From positions 1 to 52,670 of the forward strand of contig JAXDQU010000085.1 in the NCBI GenBank assembly GCA_034667685.1: a DNA stretch of 52,670 nt, given 5' to 3'. How positions within the stretch are numbered: position 1 is the stretch's first letter; each line of letters opens with the position of its first letter. The position numbers and the translations under genes were made by a program. Positions 9,668-19,058 of the stretch are shown here, piece after piece. The notes beneath the pieces were generated by a model. It made no database searches, was not told the DNA's origin, and saw only the letters and a list, made by a program, of their open reading frames with translations. Source of the DNA: Thermoplasmata archaeon. Lineage in GTDB: Archaea > Thermoplasmatota > SW-10-69-26 > JACQPN01 > JAJPHT01.

Positions 9668-10405
9668 CTAGCTCCACTGGATCGTGGCCTTGGTGATGGT
9701 GACGAGCGTGTCGGTGCGGGAGTTGGGGTCCTGGCAGGGCTGGCCGCCGCAGGGCAGGTTGTTGATCTTCACGACGACGGCGGTGGAGTCCGCGTCGGCC
9801 GTGTGGCCGAAGACGGTGTAGCGCCCATCGAGGAAGCTGGCCGCCGCGGCGGTGAGGAAGAACTGGCTGCCGCTGCTGTGCGGCGCCGCGGTGCGCGCCA
9901 TCGAGAAGACGCCCGGGCCGTCGTGCTTGAGGCCGAGGCCGCCGTGCGCGTCGCATTGCGTGGGCTGCTGGTCCGGCGCGGGCGTGTCCTGCGAGACGGC
10001 GCCGTCCTTGCAGGCGTACTCCTCGGGGATCGTGTCGGGCGAGACGCCGCAGTTGGCGGGGCCGCCGGTGCCCCACTGCGCGGCTTTGCTATCGTCCTTC
10101 GAGAGCGGGTCGCCGCCCTGGTCCATGAAGCCGCGCACGACGCGGTGGATGCGCGTGCCATCCCAGCAGCCGGACTCGACGAGCTTCACGATCTGCTGCG
10201 CGGTGACGGGCGTCTTGTCGCAGTAGAGCGTGGCGCGGATCGTGCCCTGCGTGGTGTTGAGGACGACGAGGGGCTCCGCCGCGGTGGCGTTGCCGCCCGG
10301 AAGCGTCGTCTTGCACGTCTTGCCGGCCGCGGACGTCGTGGGTCCGTTCGACGCGCAGCCGGCCGCGAGGACCGTCACCAGGAGCAGGGCCGCCAGGAGC
10401 CTCAT
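9668..10405 (-). CDS. Lipoprotein cyclophilin-type PPIase
   Basis: Lipobox LAAGC; IHRVVRGFMDQGGD, GVFSMART, GSQFFLT, LDGRYTVFG. Confidence 0.93.
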   Translation of the reverse strand: MRLLAALLLVTVLAAGCASNGPTTSAAGKTCKTTLPGGNATAAEPLVVLNTTQGTIRATLYCDKTPVTAQQIVKLVESGCWDGTRIHRVVRGFMDQGGDPLSKDDSKAAQWGTGGPANCGVSPDTIPEEYACKDGAVSQDTPAPDQQPTQCDAHGGLGLKHDGPGVFSMARTAAPHSSGSQFFLTAAAASFLDGRYTVFGHTADADSTAVVVKINNLPCGGQPCQDPNSRTDTLVTITKATIQWS

Positions 10406-10455
10406 CGGGCCGCGCACGAGGCCGCAACGCATCAAGCTGACCATCGGCGCGTCCT

Positions 10456-10520
10456 GGGGCTCGGGGCTCTGGACTCAGGACTCGGGGCTCCGGAGCCTTG
10501 AGCCCGGAGTCCTGAGCCCA
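10456..10520. repeat. Tandem-inverted element of 7-bp NGG[GA]CTC units
   Basis: Five NGGRCTC units then four GAGYCNN units; same family as 46933-47020. Confidence 0.85.
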
Positions 10521-10530
10521 AAGCCTTTCC

Positions 10531-10594
10531 AGAAACGTACACAAATGGCCAACAAGGTCTAAAGTAGTCCAACAACCACTCACTTGTGTCCATC
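10531..10594 (+). promoter_or_regulatory. AT-rich trp promoter region with 10-bp-periodic TGTACA-like hexamers
   Basis: CGTACA 10536, TGGCCA 10546, GGTCTA 10556, AGTCCA 10566, TGTCCA 10587; TATA-like TCTAAA at 10558. Confidence 0.45.
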
Positions 10595-11929
10595 ATGCTG
10601 CTTCGGGAGCTGGCCATCCCGTTCGCCCCCGCCGAGACCTTCGCGCGCCTCTTCGCCGCGCACGAGGACGGCTTCCTCCTGGAGTCCGCAGAGGGTCCTG
10701 AGCGCCTGGCGCGCTACAGCATCCTGGGCCTCGACCCGGTGGGCAAGGTCGCGCTGGTGGACGGCGCGCTGCGCGTCAGCGGCGACCTCCCGGCGCCGCG
10801 CCAGGACGAGGCGCCCCTGGCGTACCTCCAACGCCTGCTCGCGCAGCACCCCACGACCGACCAGGGCTATCGTTACCTCGGTGGTCTCGTCGGACACGTC
10901 GGCTACGAGTTCACGCAGCGCCTCGAAAAGCTATCACCGCGCGCCAGCGGCCCCTTCCCGGAGATGGAGTTCGGGCTCTACCTGGACGGCCTCGTCTTCG
11001 ACCACCTCACCCGGCGCACGGTCTACTTCAGCCACGGGGCCGACCGCGGCGCCGAGCTCGAAGCCATCGCCAAGCGCCCGCACGCGCCCGCGCCGCCGCG
11101 CTTCGGCCCCGCGCGCGCGAGCGTCGACCAGCCGCGCTTCGAGAAGATGGTCGAGCAGGCCAAGCGCCACATCCACGAGGGCGACGTCTTCCAGGTCGTG
11201 CTATCACGGCGCTTCGACCTCGACGTCGAGGGCGACCTGCTCCCCTACTACGAGGCGCTGAAGAAGGCGAACCCGTCGCCCTACATGTATTACCTCAAGA
11301 GCGGCGAGCGCCGCCTCGTCGGCGCCAGCCCCGAGATGCTTGTCCGGGTCGACGGCGGCCGCGTCGAGACGTTCCCCATCGCCGGCACGCGCCCCATGGG
11401 CCGCAACCCGACCGAGACCGAACGCCTCGCCGCCGAGCTGCTCGCCGACCCGAAGGAGGCCGCCGAGCACGCGATGCTCGTGGACCTCGCGAGGAACGAC
11501 GTCGGGCGCGTCGCGGAGTTCGGCACCGTCAAGGTCAGCGAGTCGCGGCGCATCGAGCGCTTCAGCCACGTCCAGCACATCGTGAGCAAGGTCGAGGGGC
11601 GCCTGCGCCCGGGCAAGAACGCGCTCGACGCCTTCGCCGCGCTCTTCCCCGCCGGCACCGTCAGCGGCGCCCCCAAGGTGCGCGCGATGGAGATCATCCG
11701 CGACCTCGAAGCCGACGCGCGCGGCCCCTACGCGGGCGCGGTGGGCTACTTCTCCTTCAACGGCAACGCCGACGCCGCCATCTGCATCAGGACCCTCGCG
11801 GCGCACGGCCGGAAGGCCTCGGTGCAGGCCGGCGCCGGCATCGTCCACGATAGCATTCCCGAGGCCGAGGCGCGCGAGACCGAGGCGAAGGCGCGCGGCC
11901 TCCTCTCCGTCGCGGAGGGATTCCAGTGA
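10595..11929 (+). CDS. trpE: Anthranilate synthase component I
   Basis: FLLES, GDVFQVVLS, NPSPYMY, SPEMLV, PIAGTR, EHAMLVDLARND, FPAGTVSGAPK, QAGAGIV. Confidence 0.97.
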   Translation: MLLRELAIPFAPAETFARLFAAHEDGFLLESAEGPERLARYSILGLDPVGKVALVDGALRVSGDLPAPRQDEAPLAYLQRLLAQHPTTDQGYRYLGGLVGHVGYEFTQRLEKLSPRASGPFPEMEFGLYLDGLVFDHLTRRTVYFSHGADRGAELEAIAKRPHAPAPPRFGPARASVDQPRFEKMVEQAKRHIHEGDVFQVVLSRRFDLDVEGDLLPYYEALKKANPSPYMYYLKSGERRLVGASPEMLVRVDGGRVETFPIAGTRPMGRNPTETERLAAELLADPKEAAEHAMLVDLARNDVGRVAEFGTVKVSESRRIERFSHVQHIVSKVEGRLRPGKNALDAFAALFPAGTVSGAPKVRAMEIIRDLEADARGPYAGAVGYFSFNGNADAAICIRTLAAHGRKASVQAGAGIVHDSIPEAEARETEAKARGLLSVAEGFQ

Positions 11930-12009
11930 CCCACGCCACCCCGCCCAGCGAATTGCCCGTGAAGAAGACCGTGAAGATCGAGGACGTCACGCCCACCCTG
12001 GGATGCTGA
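11926..12009 (+). CDS. 27-aa mini-ORF between trpE and trpG
   Basis: GTG overlaps the trpE stop; VTHATPPSELPVKKTVKIEDVTPTLGC*; ends 1 nt before the trpG ATG; GC3-rich. Confidence 0.45.
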   Translation: MTHATPPSELPVKKTVKIEDVTPTLGC

Positions 12010-12010
12010 G

Positions 12011-12595
12011 ATGCGCACGCTCGTCATCGACAACTTTGACAGCTTCACCTACAACCTCGTCCAGTACCTGGGCGAGCTGGGCGCCGGCCCCGAGGTCCAC
12101 CGGAACGACGCGATCAGCGCCAAGGAGGCCGAGGCGATGCAGCCCGACGCGATCGTCATCTCGCCCGGGCCGGGCAACCCCGCCGACCCCCGGTATTTCG
12201 GCGTCTGCGCCGACCTGCTGACGGGGCTCTCGCGCACGACACCCACGCTGGGCGTCTGCCTGGGCCTCCAGGGCTTCGCGCACGTCTACGGCGGCAAGGT
12301 CGTGCACGCGCCGCGCGTCGTCCACGGCAAGTCGAGCCTCGTGGAGCACGACGGCAAGGGCGTGCTGGCCGGCGTGCCAAGCCCCTTCCGCGCCGCGCGC
12401 TATCATTCGCTCGTGGTCGACCGCGCGAGCCTTCCGCGCGAGATCGAGGTCTCCGCGTGGACGCAGGAGGGGGAGGTCATGGGCGCGCGGCACACGCGCT
12501 ACCCCATCGAGGGCGTGCAGTTCCACCCCGAGAGCATCCTCACCGACCACGGCATGCAGATCGTGCGCAACTTCGTCCAGGGGGCGCGCCGGTGA
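12011..12595 (+). CDS. trpG: Anthranilate synthase component II
   Basis: IDNFDSFTYNL, SPGPG, GVCLG, RYHSL, QFHPES. Confidence 0.97.
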   Translation: MRTLVIDNFDSFTYNLVQYLGELGAGPEVHRNDAISAKEAEAMQPDAIVISPGPGNPADPRYFGVCADLLTGLSRTTPTLGVCLGLQGFAHVYGGKVVHAPRVVHGKSSLVEHDGKGVLAGVPSPFRAARYHSLVVDRASLPREIEVSAWTQEGEVMGARHTRYPIEGVQFHPESILTDHGMQIVRNFVQGARR

Positions 12596-13620
12596 AGGAC
12601 TACATCGCGGCCGCCGTCGACGGCCGGAGCCTCTCGGAGGATGACGCGTACGCCGCGATGGCCGCGATCATGGACGGCCAGGCGACGCCCGCGCAGCTCG
12701 CGGGATTCGTCGTGGCGATGCGCATGAAGGGCGAGACCGTCGAGGAATTGACGGGCTTCGCACGCGCCATGCGCGAGCGCTGCGCGCTGATCAAGCCCCA
12801 GGTCAGCGGGCGCCTCACGGACACGTGCGGCACGGGCGGCGCGCCGATCAAGACGTTCAACGTCAGCACGCTGTCCGCGTTCGTCGCCGCGGGCGCCGGA
12901 GTGCCGATCGCGAAGCACGGCAACCGCGCCGTGACCAGCAAGTGCGGCAGCGCCGACGTGCTCGAAGCGCTGGGCGCCAACCTCGCGCTGGAGCCCGCGA
13001 AGGTGCAGCGCGTCATCGAGGAGGTGGGCGTCGGCTTCCTCTTCGCGCCCAACTTCCACCCCGCGATGCGCCACGCCATCGGCCCGCGCCGCGAGCTTGG
13101 CGTGCGCACCGTGTTCAACCTGCTCGGGCCGCTCACGAACCCCGCCGGCGCGCAGGGGCAGGTGCTCGGCGTCTACCACCCCAGCCTCGTCACGAAGCTC
13201 ACGCCCGTGCTGCGCAACCTCGGCGTGCCCAACGCGATGGTCGTGCACGGCGAGGGCGGGCTCGACGAGATCAGCCCCTTCGGTCCCACGCGCGTGGGCC
13301 GCGTCAGGGACGGGAACGTCGAGTACTTCACGGTCAACCCCGAGGAGCTCGGCTTCACGCGCGTCTCGCCCGACGACGTGACCGGCGGCGATCCGCAGCA
13401 GAGCGCGCGCATCTTCCTCGAGGTGCTATCAGGCAAGGAGGGCGCGCGCGCCAACACGGTGCTCATGAACGCCGCCGCGGCCGCGGTCGTGGGCGGGCGC
13501 GCGAAGGACCTCAAGGAGGGCGTGATGGCCGCGCGCGAGAGCGTCGCTTCGGGCCGCGCGATGGAGAAGCTCTCGCGCTTCGTGGCGCAGACGGGCGGCC
13601 AACTCATCGGAGCATCGTAG
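12592..13620 (+). CDS. trpD: Anthranilate phosphoribosyltransferase
   Basis: DTCGTGG, FNVST, KHGNR, GSADVLE, RTVFNLLGPL, GLDE; GTG overlaps trpG stop. Confidence 0.97.
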   Translation: MKDYIAAAVDGRSLSEDDAYAAMAAIMDGQATPAQLAGFVVAMRMKGETVEELTGFARAMRERCALIKPQVSGRLTDTCGTGGAPIKTFNVSTLSAFVAAGAGVPIAKHGNRAVTSKCGSADVLEALGANLALEPAKVQRVIEEVGVGFLFAPNFHPAMRHAIGPRRELGVRTVFNLLGPLTNPAGAQGQVLGVYHPSLVTKLTPVLRNLGVPNAMVVHGEGGLDEISPFGPTRVGRVRDGNVEYFTVNPEELGFTRVSPDDVTGGDPQQSARIFLEVLSGKEGARANTVLMNAAAAAVVGGRAKDLKEGVMAARESVASGRAMEKLSRFVAQTGGQLIGAS

Positions 13621-14382
13621 ATGGCCACGCTCGTGGATTTCGCCGAGGCCGCGCGCCGCCGCGTCGCCGCGGGCTACTATGATCTGAAGCGCGTGCCCGA
13701 CTTCTGCCCGCCGCGCTCGCCTCCCTCGCTCAGGGCCGCCCTGCTGGCGCGCCCGGGCGTCGTGGCGGAGATCAAGCCCGCGAGCCCCACCCAGGGCAGC
13801 ATGCGCGCGGACGTCGACGCCGGCGCGTTGGCGCGCGCGTTCGTCGCGGCCGGCGCGCGGGGTGTGAGCGCGCTCGCGGTGGACGAGGGCTTCGGCGGCT
13901 CGCTGGCGAACGTGATCGCGGCGAGCGGGGCCGGCGCGCCCGTGCTGTTCAAGGACTTCGTCGTGGACGAGGCGCAGGTCAAGGCGGCGCGGCGCTGCGG
14001 CGCGAGCGCCATCCTCCTCATCGAGGGCGTCTCGCCCCACGCGCTCGTGGACCGCGCGCACGCGCTGGGCCTCGAGGTGCTGCTTGAAGTGTACGACGCG
14101 GAAGGATATCGCCGCGCGGCCTCGACGAAGGCGGACCTCGTGGGCGTCAACAACCGCGACCTGCGCCGCGAGGGGCTGCCGGTCGACGCCTCGCGCGCGG
14201 CGCAGGTGCTATCAGCCTGCGGCGCGATGAAGCCCACGATGGCGCTCTCCGGCGTCGAGACGCCCGCGGACGTCGCGCGGCAATTGCGCGCCGGCGCGCG
14301 CGGCGTGCTCGTGGGCAGCTCGCTCATGCGCGCGAAGGACCCCGCGGCCGCGATGCGCGCGCTCGCCGAGGTGGTGGCGTGA
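13621..14382 (+). CDS. trpC: Indole-3-glycerol phosphate synthase
   Basis: [35 protein letters not shown]. Confidence 0.95.
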   Translation: MATLVDFAEAARRRVAAGYYDLKRVPDFCPPRSPPSLRAALLARPGVVAEIKPASPTQGSMRADVDAGALARAFVAAGARGVSALAVDEGFGGSLANVIAASGAGAPVLFKDFVVDEAQVKAARRCGASAILLIEGVSPHALVDRAHALGLEVLLEVYDAEGYRRAASTKADLVGVNNRDLRREGLPVDASRAAQVLSACGAMKPTMALSGVETPADVARQLRAGARGVLVGSSLMRAKDPAAAMRALAEVVA

Positions 14383-14984
14383 CGTTCGTGAAGATCTGCG
14401 GCCTGAAGACCGCGGAGCAGGCGCGCGTCGCGCGCGAGGCGGACGCCGTGGGCTTCGTCGTCTCCTCGCCGCTCTCGCCGCGCAATCTGCCCAACGGATC
14501 GGCCGCGACGCTCGCGCGCAAGGTCGCGCCGGGCCAGCTCGCCGTCGCCGTCACGGCCTCGCGCGACGCGGGCGCGCTCCTGCGCATCGCGCGCGAGGTG
14601 CAGCCGCACGCGATCCAGGCGCCGCGCGACGCGCCCTTCCTCGCGCTCCAGGAACGATATCCCGCTCTCCAGCTCTGGGCCGCGTGCCGTCCCGCGGAGG
14701 TTGGCGCCGCGCCCGCGGAGGCGGACATGCTCGTGCTCGACGCGTCCACGCCCGAGGGCTATGGGGGCACGGGGCGCAGGCTCGACGCGCAGGCCGCCGC
14801 GAGCGCGGTGCGCGAGGCGAAGAAGCCGGTCCTTCTGGCTGGGGGCCTGACGCCGCAGAACGTCGCCGAGGCGATCCGCGACGTGAAGCCGTTCGGCGTC
14901 GACGTCAGCAGCGGCGTCGAGACCGACCAGCGCAAGGACCCGCACAAGATCGTCGCGTTCATCCAGGAGGCGAAGCGCGCTTGA
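14379..14984 (+). CDS. trpF: Phosphoribosylanthranilate isomerase
   Basis: [31 protein letters not shown]. Confidence 0.96.
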   Translation: MTFVKICGLKTAEQARVAREADAVGFVVSSPLSPRNLPNGSAATLARKVAPGQLAVAVTASRDAGALLRIAREVQPHAIQAPRDAPFLALQERYPALQLWAACRPAEVGAAPAEADMLVLDASTPEGYGGTGRRLDAQAAASAVREAKKPVLLAGGLTPQNVAEAIRDVKPFGVDVSSGVETDQRKDPHKIVAFIQEAKRA

Positions 14985-16162
14985 CCACCGGAAGGTTTGG
15001 AGAGTTCGGCGGGCGCTTCGTGCCCGAGACGCTGATGCCGGCGCTCGACGAGCTGGAGCGGGCCTACGCCAAGATCGGGCAGGACCCCGGCTTCGCGAAG
15101 GACCTCGCCGAGACGTTCTCGGAATACGGCGGCCGTCCCACGCCGCTCACCCGCGCGCCGCGCCTGACCGAGCACGCCGGCGGCGCGCGCATCTGGCTGA
15201 AGCGCGAGGACCTCATGCACGGGGGCGCGCACAAGTTCAACAACGCGATGGGGCAGGCGCTCCTCGCGAAGCGCATGGGCAAGACGCGCATCATCGCGGA
15301 GACGGGCGCGGGCCAGCACGGCATCGCCACCGCCATCGCCTGCGCGCGCCTCGGCCTGCCGTGCGAGGTCTACATGGGCGCGGTCGACGTCGAGCGCCAG
15401 AGCCTCAACGTCTTCCGCATGAAGCTCATGGGCGCCAAGGTCCACCCCGTCGAAAGCGGCTCGAAGACGCTCAAGGACGCCGTGAACGCCGCGCTTCGCG
15501 ACTGGGTCGCCAACGTGCGCGACACGCACTACGTCATCGGCAGCGTCGTGGGCCCGCACCCCTTCCCGACGATCGTCCGCGACTTCCAGAAGGTCATCGG
15601 GGAAGAGATCAAGCGTGATAGCATGGCGAAGTTCGGCCGTCTGCCCGACGCGCTCGTCGCGTGCGTGGGCGGCGGGAGCAACGCCATGGGCACGTTCTAC
15701 CCGTTCATCCAGGACAAGGGCGTGCGGCTCGTGGGCGCCGAGGCCGCGGGCGAAGGCGTCAGCACCGGCAAGCACAGCGCGACGTTGGGCGCCGGCAGCA
15801 AGGGCGTCCTCCACGGCGCGCACTCCTACATGCTCCAGGACGCCGACGGCCAGGTCATGGAGACGCACAGCATCAGCGCCGGGCTCGACTATCCGGGCGT
15901 CGGACCGGAGCACGCCTGGCTCAAGGACACCGGGCGCGCGGAGTACGTCGGCGTCACCGATCAGCAGGCGCTCCAGGGCATCAAGCTCCTCTGCCGCCTC
16001 GAAGGCATCCTCCCCGCGCTGGAGAGCGCCCACGCCGTCTGGCAAGGCGTCGAGGTCGCGCGCCAGATGCGCAAGGACCAGCACGTCGTCATCACGATCT
16101 CGGGCCGCGGGGACAAAGACATCAACACGCTTCGGGAGCGCTTCGCGGAGGGATTCGCGTGA
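14981..16162 (+). CDS. trpB: Tryptophan synthase beta chain (TrpB1 type)
   Basis: [68 protein letters not shown] start overlaps trpF stop. Confidence 0.98.
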   Translation: MTTGRFGEFGGRFVPETLMPALDELERAYAKIGQDPGFAKDLAETFSEYGGRPTPLTRAPRLTEHAGGARIWLKREDLMHGGAHKFNNAMGQALLAKRMGKTRIIAETGAGQHGIATAIACARLGLPCEVYMGAVDVERQSLNVFRMKLMGAKVHPVESGSKTLKDAVNAALRDWVANVRDTHYVIGSVVGPHPFPTIVRDFQKVIGEEIKRDSMAKFGRLPDALVACVGGGSNAMGTFYPFIQDKGVRLVGAEAAGEGVSTGKHSATLGAGSKGVLHGAHSYMLQDADGQVMETHSISAGLDYPGVGPEHAWLKDTGRAEYVGVTDQQALQGIKLLCRLEGILPALESAHAVWQGVEVARQMRKDQHVVITISGRGDKDINTLRERFAEGFA

Positions 16163-16175
16163 TGCTGGCTCGCAC

Positions 16176-16278
16176 CTGGGGGGTCCGCCCCCAGACCCCC
16201 GGAACACGAAGGCACGAAGACACGAAGACACGAAACCTCGGACGCTTCGTGTCCTCGTGCCTTCGTGCTCTTCGTGTT
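16176..16278. repeat. REP-like insert: GC hairpin plus CACGAAG tandem-inverted element
   Basis: CTGGGGGGTCCGCCCCCAGACCCCC, then four CACGAA units (16205-16234) and four YTCGTG units (16246-16276); flanked by GATGCTG at 16161 and 16304. Confidence 0.85.
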
Positions 16279-16310
16279 GAGCGGGCGGACGTTGCTGGGG
16301 GGCGATGCTG

Positions 16311-17063
16311 ATGTCGCGCCTCCGGGCCGCATTTCCCAAGGATCGCCCCGGCGTGATCGCCTACGCGATGGCGGGCGACGCGACCGAGGCGCACATGCTC
16401 GCGATCCTGCGCGAGGCCGACGCGCTGGAGATCGGCGTCCCCTACAGCGACCCCGTCGCCGACGGCCCCGTCATCGAGCGCGCGGGCGTGCGCGCGTTGG
16501 CCAAGGGCGTCACGCTGCGGGACTGCCTCGCGCTGGCGAAGAGGCTGCGCGCCGCGAGCGGCAAGCCGATCCTCCTGATGACGTACTACAATCCGGTGCT
16601 CCAGCGCGGCCTCGCGCGGTTCGCCGCGGAGGCGCGCGACGCGGGCGTGGACGGCGTGATCCTGCCGGACGCTCCGCTGGAGGAAAGCGGGCCCGCCGGT
16701 GACGCGCTCGCGGCGGAGGGCATCGACCTCGTGCAGCTCGCGAGCCCCGCCTCGCCCCCCGATCGTCTCGCGCGCCTGGCCTGCGCCACGCACGGCTTCC
16801 TCTACGTCGTGAGCAGCTTCGGCGTCACCGGCGCGCGCCAGGACCTCGCGCCCGAGACGGGCGACCTGGTCAAGCGCGTCGCGGCGCTGGGCGTCCCGTT
16901 CGCGGTGGGCTTCGGCGTCTCCGAGCCGCGCCACGTGAAGGCGCTCGCGGCGGCCGGCGCGCCCGCGGTCGTGGTCGGGTCCGCCATCGTCGGACGGATC
17001 GAGCGCGGCGAGACGCCCGAGCAGGTCGCGGCGTACGTGCGCAGCCTGCGCGTAGAGGATTGA
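16311..17063 (+). CDS. trpA: Tryptophan synthase alpha chain
   Basis: LEIGVPYSDPVADGPVI, LMTYYN, GFLYVVS.GVTG, VGFGVS, VVGSA; alternative ATG at 16305. Confidence 0.97.
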   Translation: MSRLRAAFPKDRPGVIAYAMAGDATEAHMLAILREADALEIGVPYSDPVADGPVIERAGVRALAKGVTLRDCLALAKRLRAASGKPILLMTYYNPVLQRGLARFAAEARDAGVDGVILPDAPLEESGPAGDALAAEGIDLVQLASPASPPDRLARLACATHGFLYVVSSFGVTGARQDLAPETGDLVKRVAALGVPFAVGFGVSEPRHVKALAAAGAPAVVVGSAIVGRIERGETPEQVAAYVRSLRVED

Positions 17064-17074
17064 CAGCAATCCTC
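17055..17074. promoter_or_regulatory. Palindrome GAGGATTG-N4-CAATCCTC, copy 1
   Basis: Perfect 8-4-8 dyad overlapping the trpA stop; identical arms at 19039-19058. Confidence 0.65.
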
Positions 17075-17125
17075 GCCAACGGTCAAGCAGGCGGGGGGCG
17101 CCTTGCCGATCCGGTTGTGCGAACC

Positions 17126-17395
17126 ATGAAACTGCTTGCCATCGCCCTCGTCCTGCTTTCCTCGGCCTGCTTCCTCGCGACGCCCGGCGCCTCGGCGTGC
17201 GGCGTGAGCATCAGCGGCACGCCCCACGACACGACGATCCAGCACACGGTCAGCTTCGACAGCACCAGCGTGACGTTCGGCGTCGTCATCACGCAGGAGC
17301 AGCACAGCAGCACCGGCGGCGAGCCGTGCACGACGCTCGCGGCCGTGGAGTCGCTGCCGCCCACGGCCGTGAAGCCGATCCTCGTGCTCTCCTAG
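17126..17395 (+). CDS. Small secreted protein (89 aa)
   Basis: MKLLAIALVLLSSACFLATPGASA signal peptide; two Cys in the Thr/Ser-rich mature part. Confidence 0.7.
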   Translation: MKLLAIALVLLSSACFLATPGASACGVSISGTPHDTTIQHTVSFDSTSVTFGVVITQEQHSSTGGEPCTTLAAVESLPPTAVKPILVLS

Positions 17396-18966
17396 GCTCC
17401 GCGCGTGGCGCTCGCGTGGAGCGCCGCGGCGATCAGCGCCTGCCCCAATGCGCGCGTAAGGTCGGGCGCCGGATCGACCGCGCCCGTGACGCGGGCCGGA
17501 AGGCTGGGCGTGCCGCCGTGCACGCTCGTCGCCGCGCCGGCGTCATCGGGCGCCGGGTCGCCGGATCCGATCAACGACGAGGCAAAGCCGCCGCGCCGCA
17601 CGCCCCCCTCGTCGCCCAGCGCGGGAAGCCCGCCGAGCGCGAACGTGCCGCCGCTCAACGCCGTGACGCCCGCCGCGACGCCAGGCCCGCCGGGGAGGAT
17701 CGTGCGTCCGGTCGCGCCGCCGTCGTTGCCGCCCGCGTCGTCGGGGCCGGGCATGCCGCCGTCGCCCTCGGGGTTGGGATAGCTGCCGCCCGGCTCGATG
17801 CAGACGGGGCCGTCGCCCGACGGCGTGTAGTTGATATCACCCTCGCCTGAGCCCCCGCTGCCGTTGTCGCCGCCGCCCGTGCCGCCGTCGGTCCCGCCGC
17901 CCCCGGTGCCGCCCGGGCTTCCTCCATCGTTGTGCGGATCGGTGCCGCCGTCCAGGCCACCGCCCGATCCGGGGGGCGCGGTCGCGTCGTCGCCCTCCGC
18001 GGAGGACGCGCTCCGGTCGACGACCGCCTCGACGCCCGCGACGAGAAGCGCCGCGCCGCAGATCGTGCCGCCCACGCCCGCCCCCACGCCCGCGCCTGCG
18101 CCGGCTCCCGGGGGGCCTCCTGAGAAGAGGCCGATGGCGGCGCCGATGCCGGTGCCGATCGTGATCGCGGCCTGGCACACGCCCACGGCGTCCATGCCGT
18201 CGGCGGCCTCCGCGCCGGCGCCGGGACCCCAGCGCATGCCCGCGCCGCCCGGACCGCCCGCGCCGGGGAGCGCCGGACCGCCGCCGAAGATCCCGCCCAG
18301 CCCGGTGAGCCCCTCCTCGTCCGTGCCCGCGCCCAGCGATGCGATCTGGCCGCCGGTGGCGAAGGCGACCTGCCCCGTCGCGGGGTCGAGGACGAGGCTG
18401 GTGCGGGCGCCTCCGCCCAGCGCCGTCGGGGCGCCAGCCGCATTCCACGCGGCGCGGCCCAGCGCGAGCCCCTCCCTGTCGCCGGCGTGCTGCGCGGCGC
18501 GCATCGCGGAGACGAAGATCCCCTCGACGCCCGCGAGGGAGCGGTGGAGCGTGACGTGATCCACGAGCGAGCGGAGCATCCGCGCGCGGGCCCCGGGCCC
18601 CACGACGGCGAGCTGCATGAGCGCGGAGAGCGAGGCGTTGCTGTACGCGCGGAACGCCTGCCGGGGCGTGAGGGTGGCGGCGGACGCCGTCGCGAAAGGC
18701 CCCTTGTGCCCGAGGGCGCGCGCATGCAGCTCGGAGATGCGCAGCCACGCCGCCGCGGGAGGAAGCGCCCGGACGCGCGCCGGGACCGCATAGACGGGAC
18801 CGGTCGCCGTCACGGCGATCACCTGCAGGCGGCTCGGGTGCGCAAGCACGCGGCGGAGGTTCGCCGCGAGGGCCGGCGTCGGGCGCCGGGCGTGGTCGAT
18901 GCGGACCCTCTGGGCCGATCGCGTGAGCGTCTCGTGCGTGTCGTGGGCGGCGTGTCGGGTCGTCAT
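17392..18966 (-). CDS. Gly-rich hypothetical protein with Cys-flanked glycine zipper
   Basis: GVCQAAITIGTGIGAAIGLFSGGPPGAGAGAGVGAGVGGTICG followed by Gly/Asp low-complexity tract; start uncertain. Confidence 0.65.
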   Translation of the reverse strand: MTTRHAAHDTHETLTRSAQRVRIDHARRPTPALAANLRRVLAHPSRLQVIAVTATGPVYAVPARVRALPPAAAWLRISELHARALGHKGPFATASAATLTPRQAFRAYSNASLSALMQLAVVGPGARARMLRSLVDHVTLHRSLAGVEGIFVSAMRAAQHAGDREGLALGRAAWNAAGAPTALGGGARTSLVLDPATGQVAFATGGQIASLGAGTDEEGLTGLGGIFGGGPALPGAGGPGGAGMRWGPGAGAEAADGMDAVGVCQAAITIGTGIGAAIGLFSGGPPGAGAGAGVGAGVGGTICGAALLVAGVEAVVDRSASSAEGDDATAPPGSGGGLDGGTDPHNDGGSPGGTGGGGTDGGTGGGDNGSGGSGEGDINYTPSGDGPVCIEPGGSYPNPEGDGGMPGPDDAGGNDGGATGRTILPGGPGVAAGVTALSGGTFALGGLPALGDEGGVRRGGFASSLIGSGDPAPDDAGAATSVHGGTPSLPARVTGAVDPAPDLTRALGQALIAAALHASATRGA

Positions 18967-19038
18967 GGCCCCCGGCCAAGCGGGCAGGTAACCAAGGACG
19001 TTACGATGGCCTCTCGGGAGGCTGGTGAAAGAATTGTG

Positions 19039-19058
19039 GAGGATTGCGATCAATCCTC
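19039..19058. promoter_or_regulatory. Palindrome GAGGATTG-N4-CAATCCTC, copy 2
   Basis: GAGGATTG CGAT CAATCCTC in an AT-rich intergenic stretch. Confidence 0.65.

Noticed and set aside
10545-10562. trp attenuator leader peptide (MANKV*)
   Set aside because: No Trp codons, no terminator/antiterminator pair, and it overlaps the likely TATA box.
18988-19004. GTAAC-N7-GTTAC dyad as an SOS-like box
   Set aside because: Only 5-bp arms and a single instance; could be chance.
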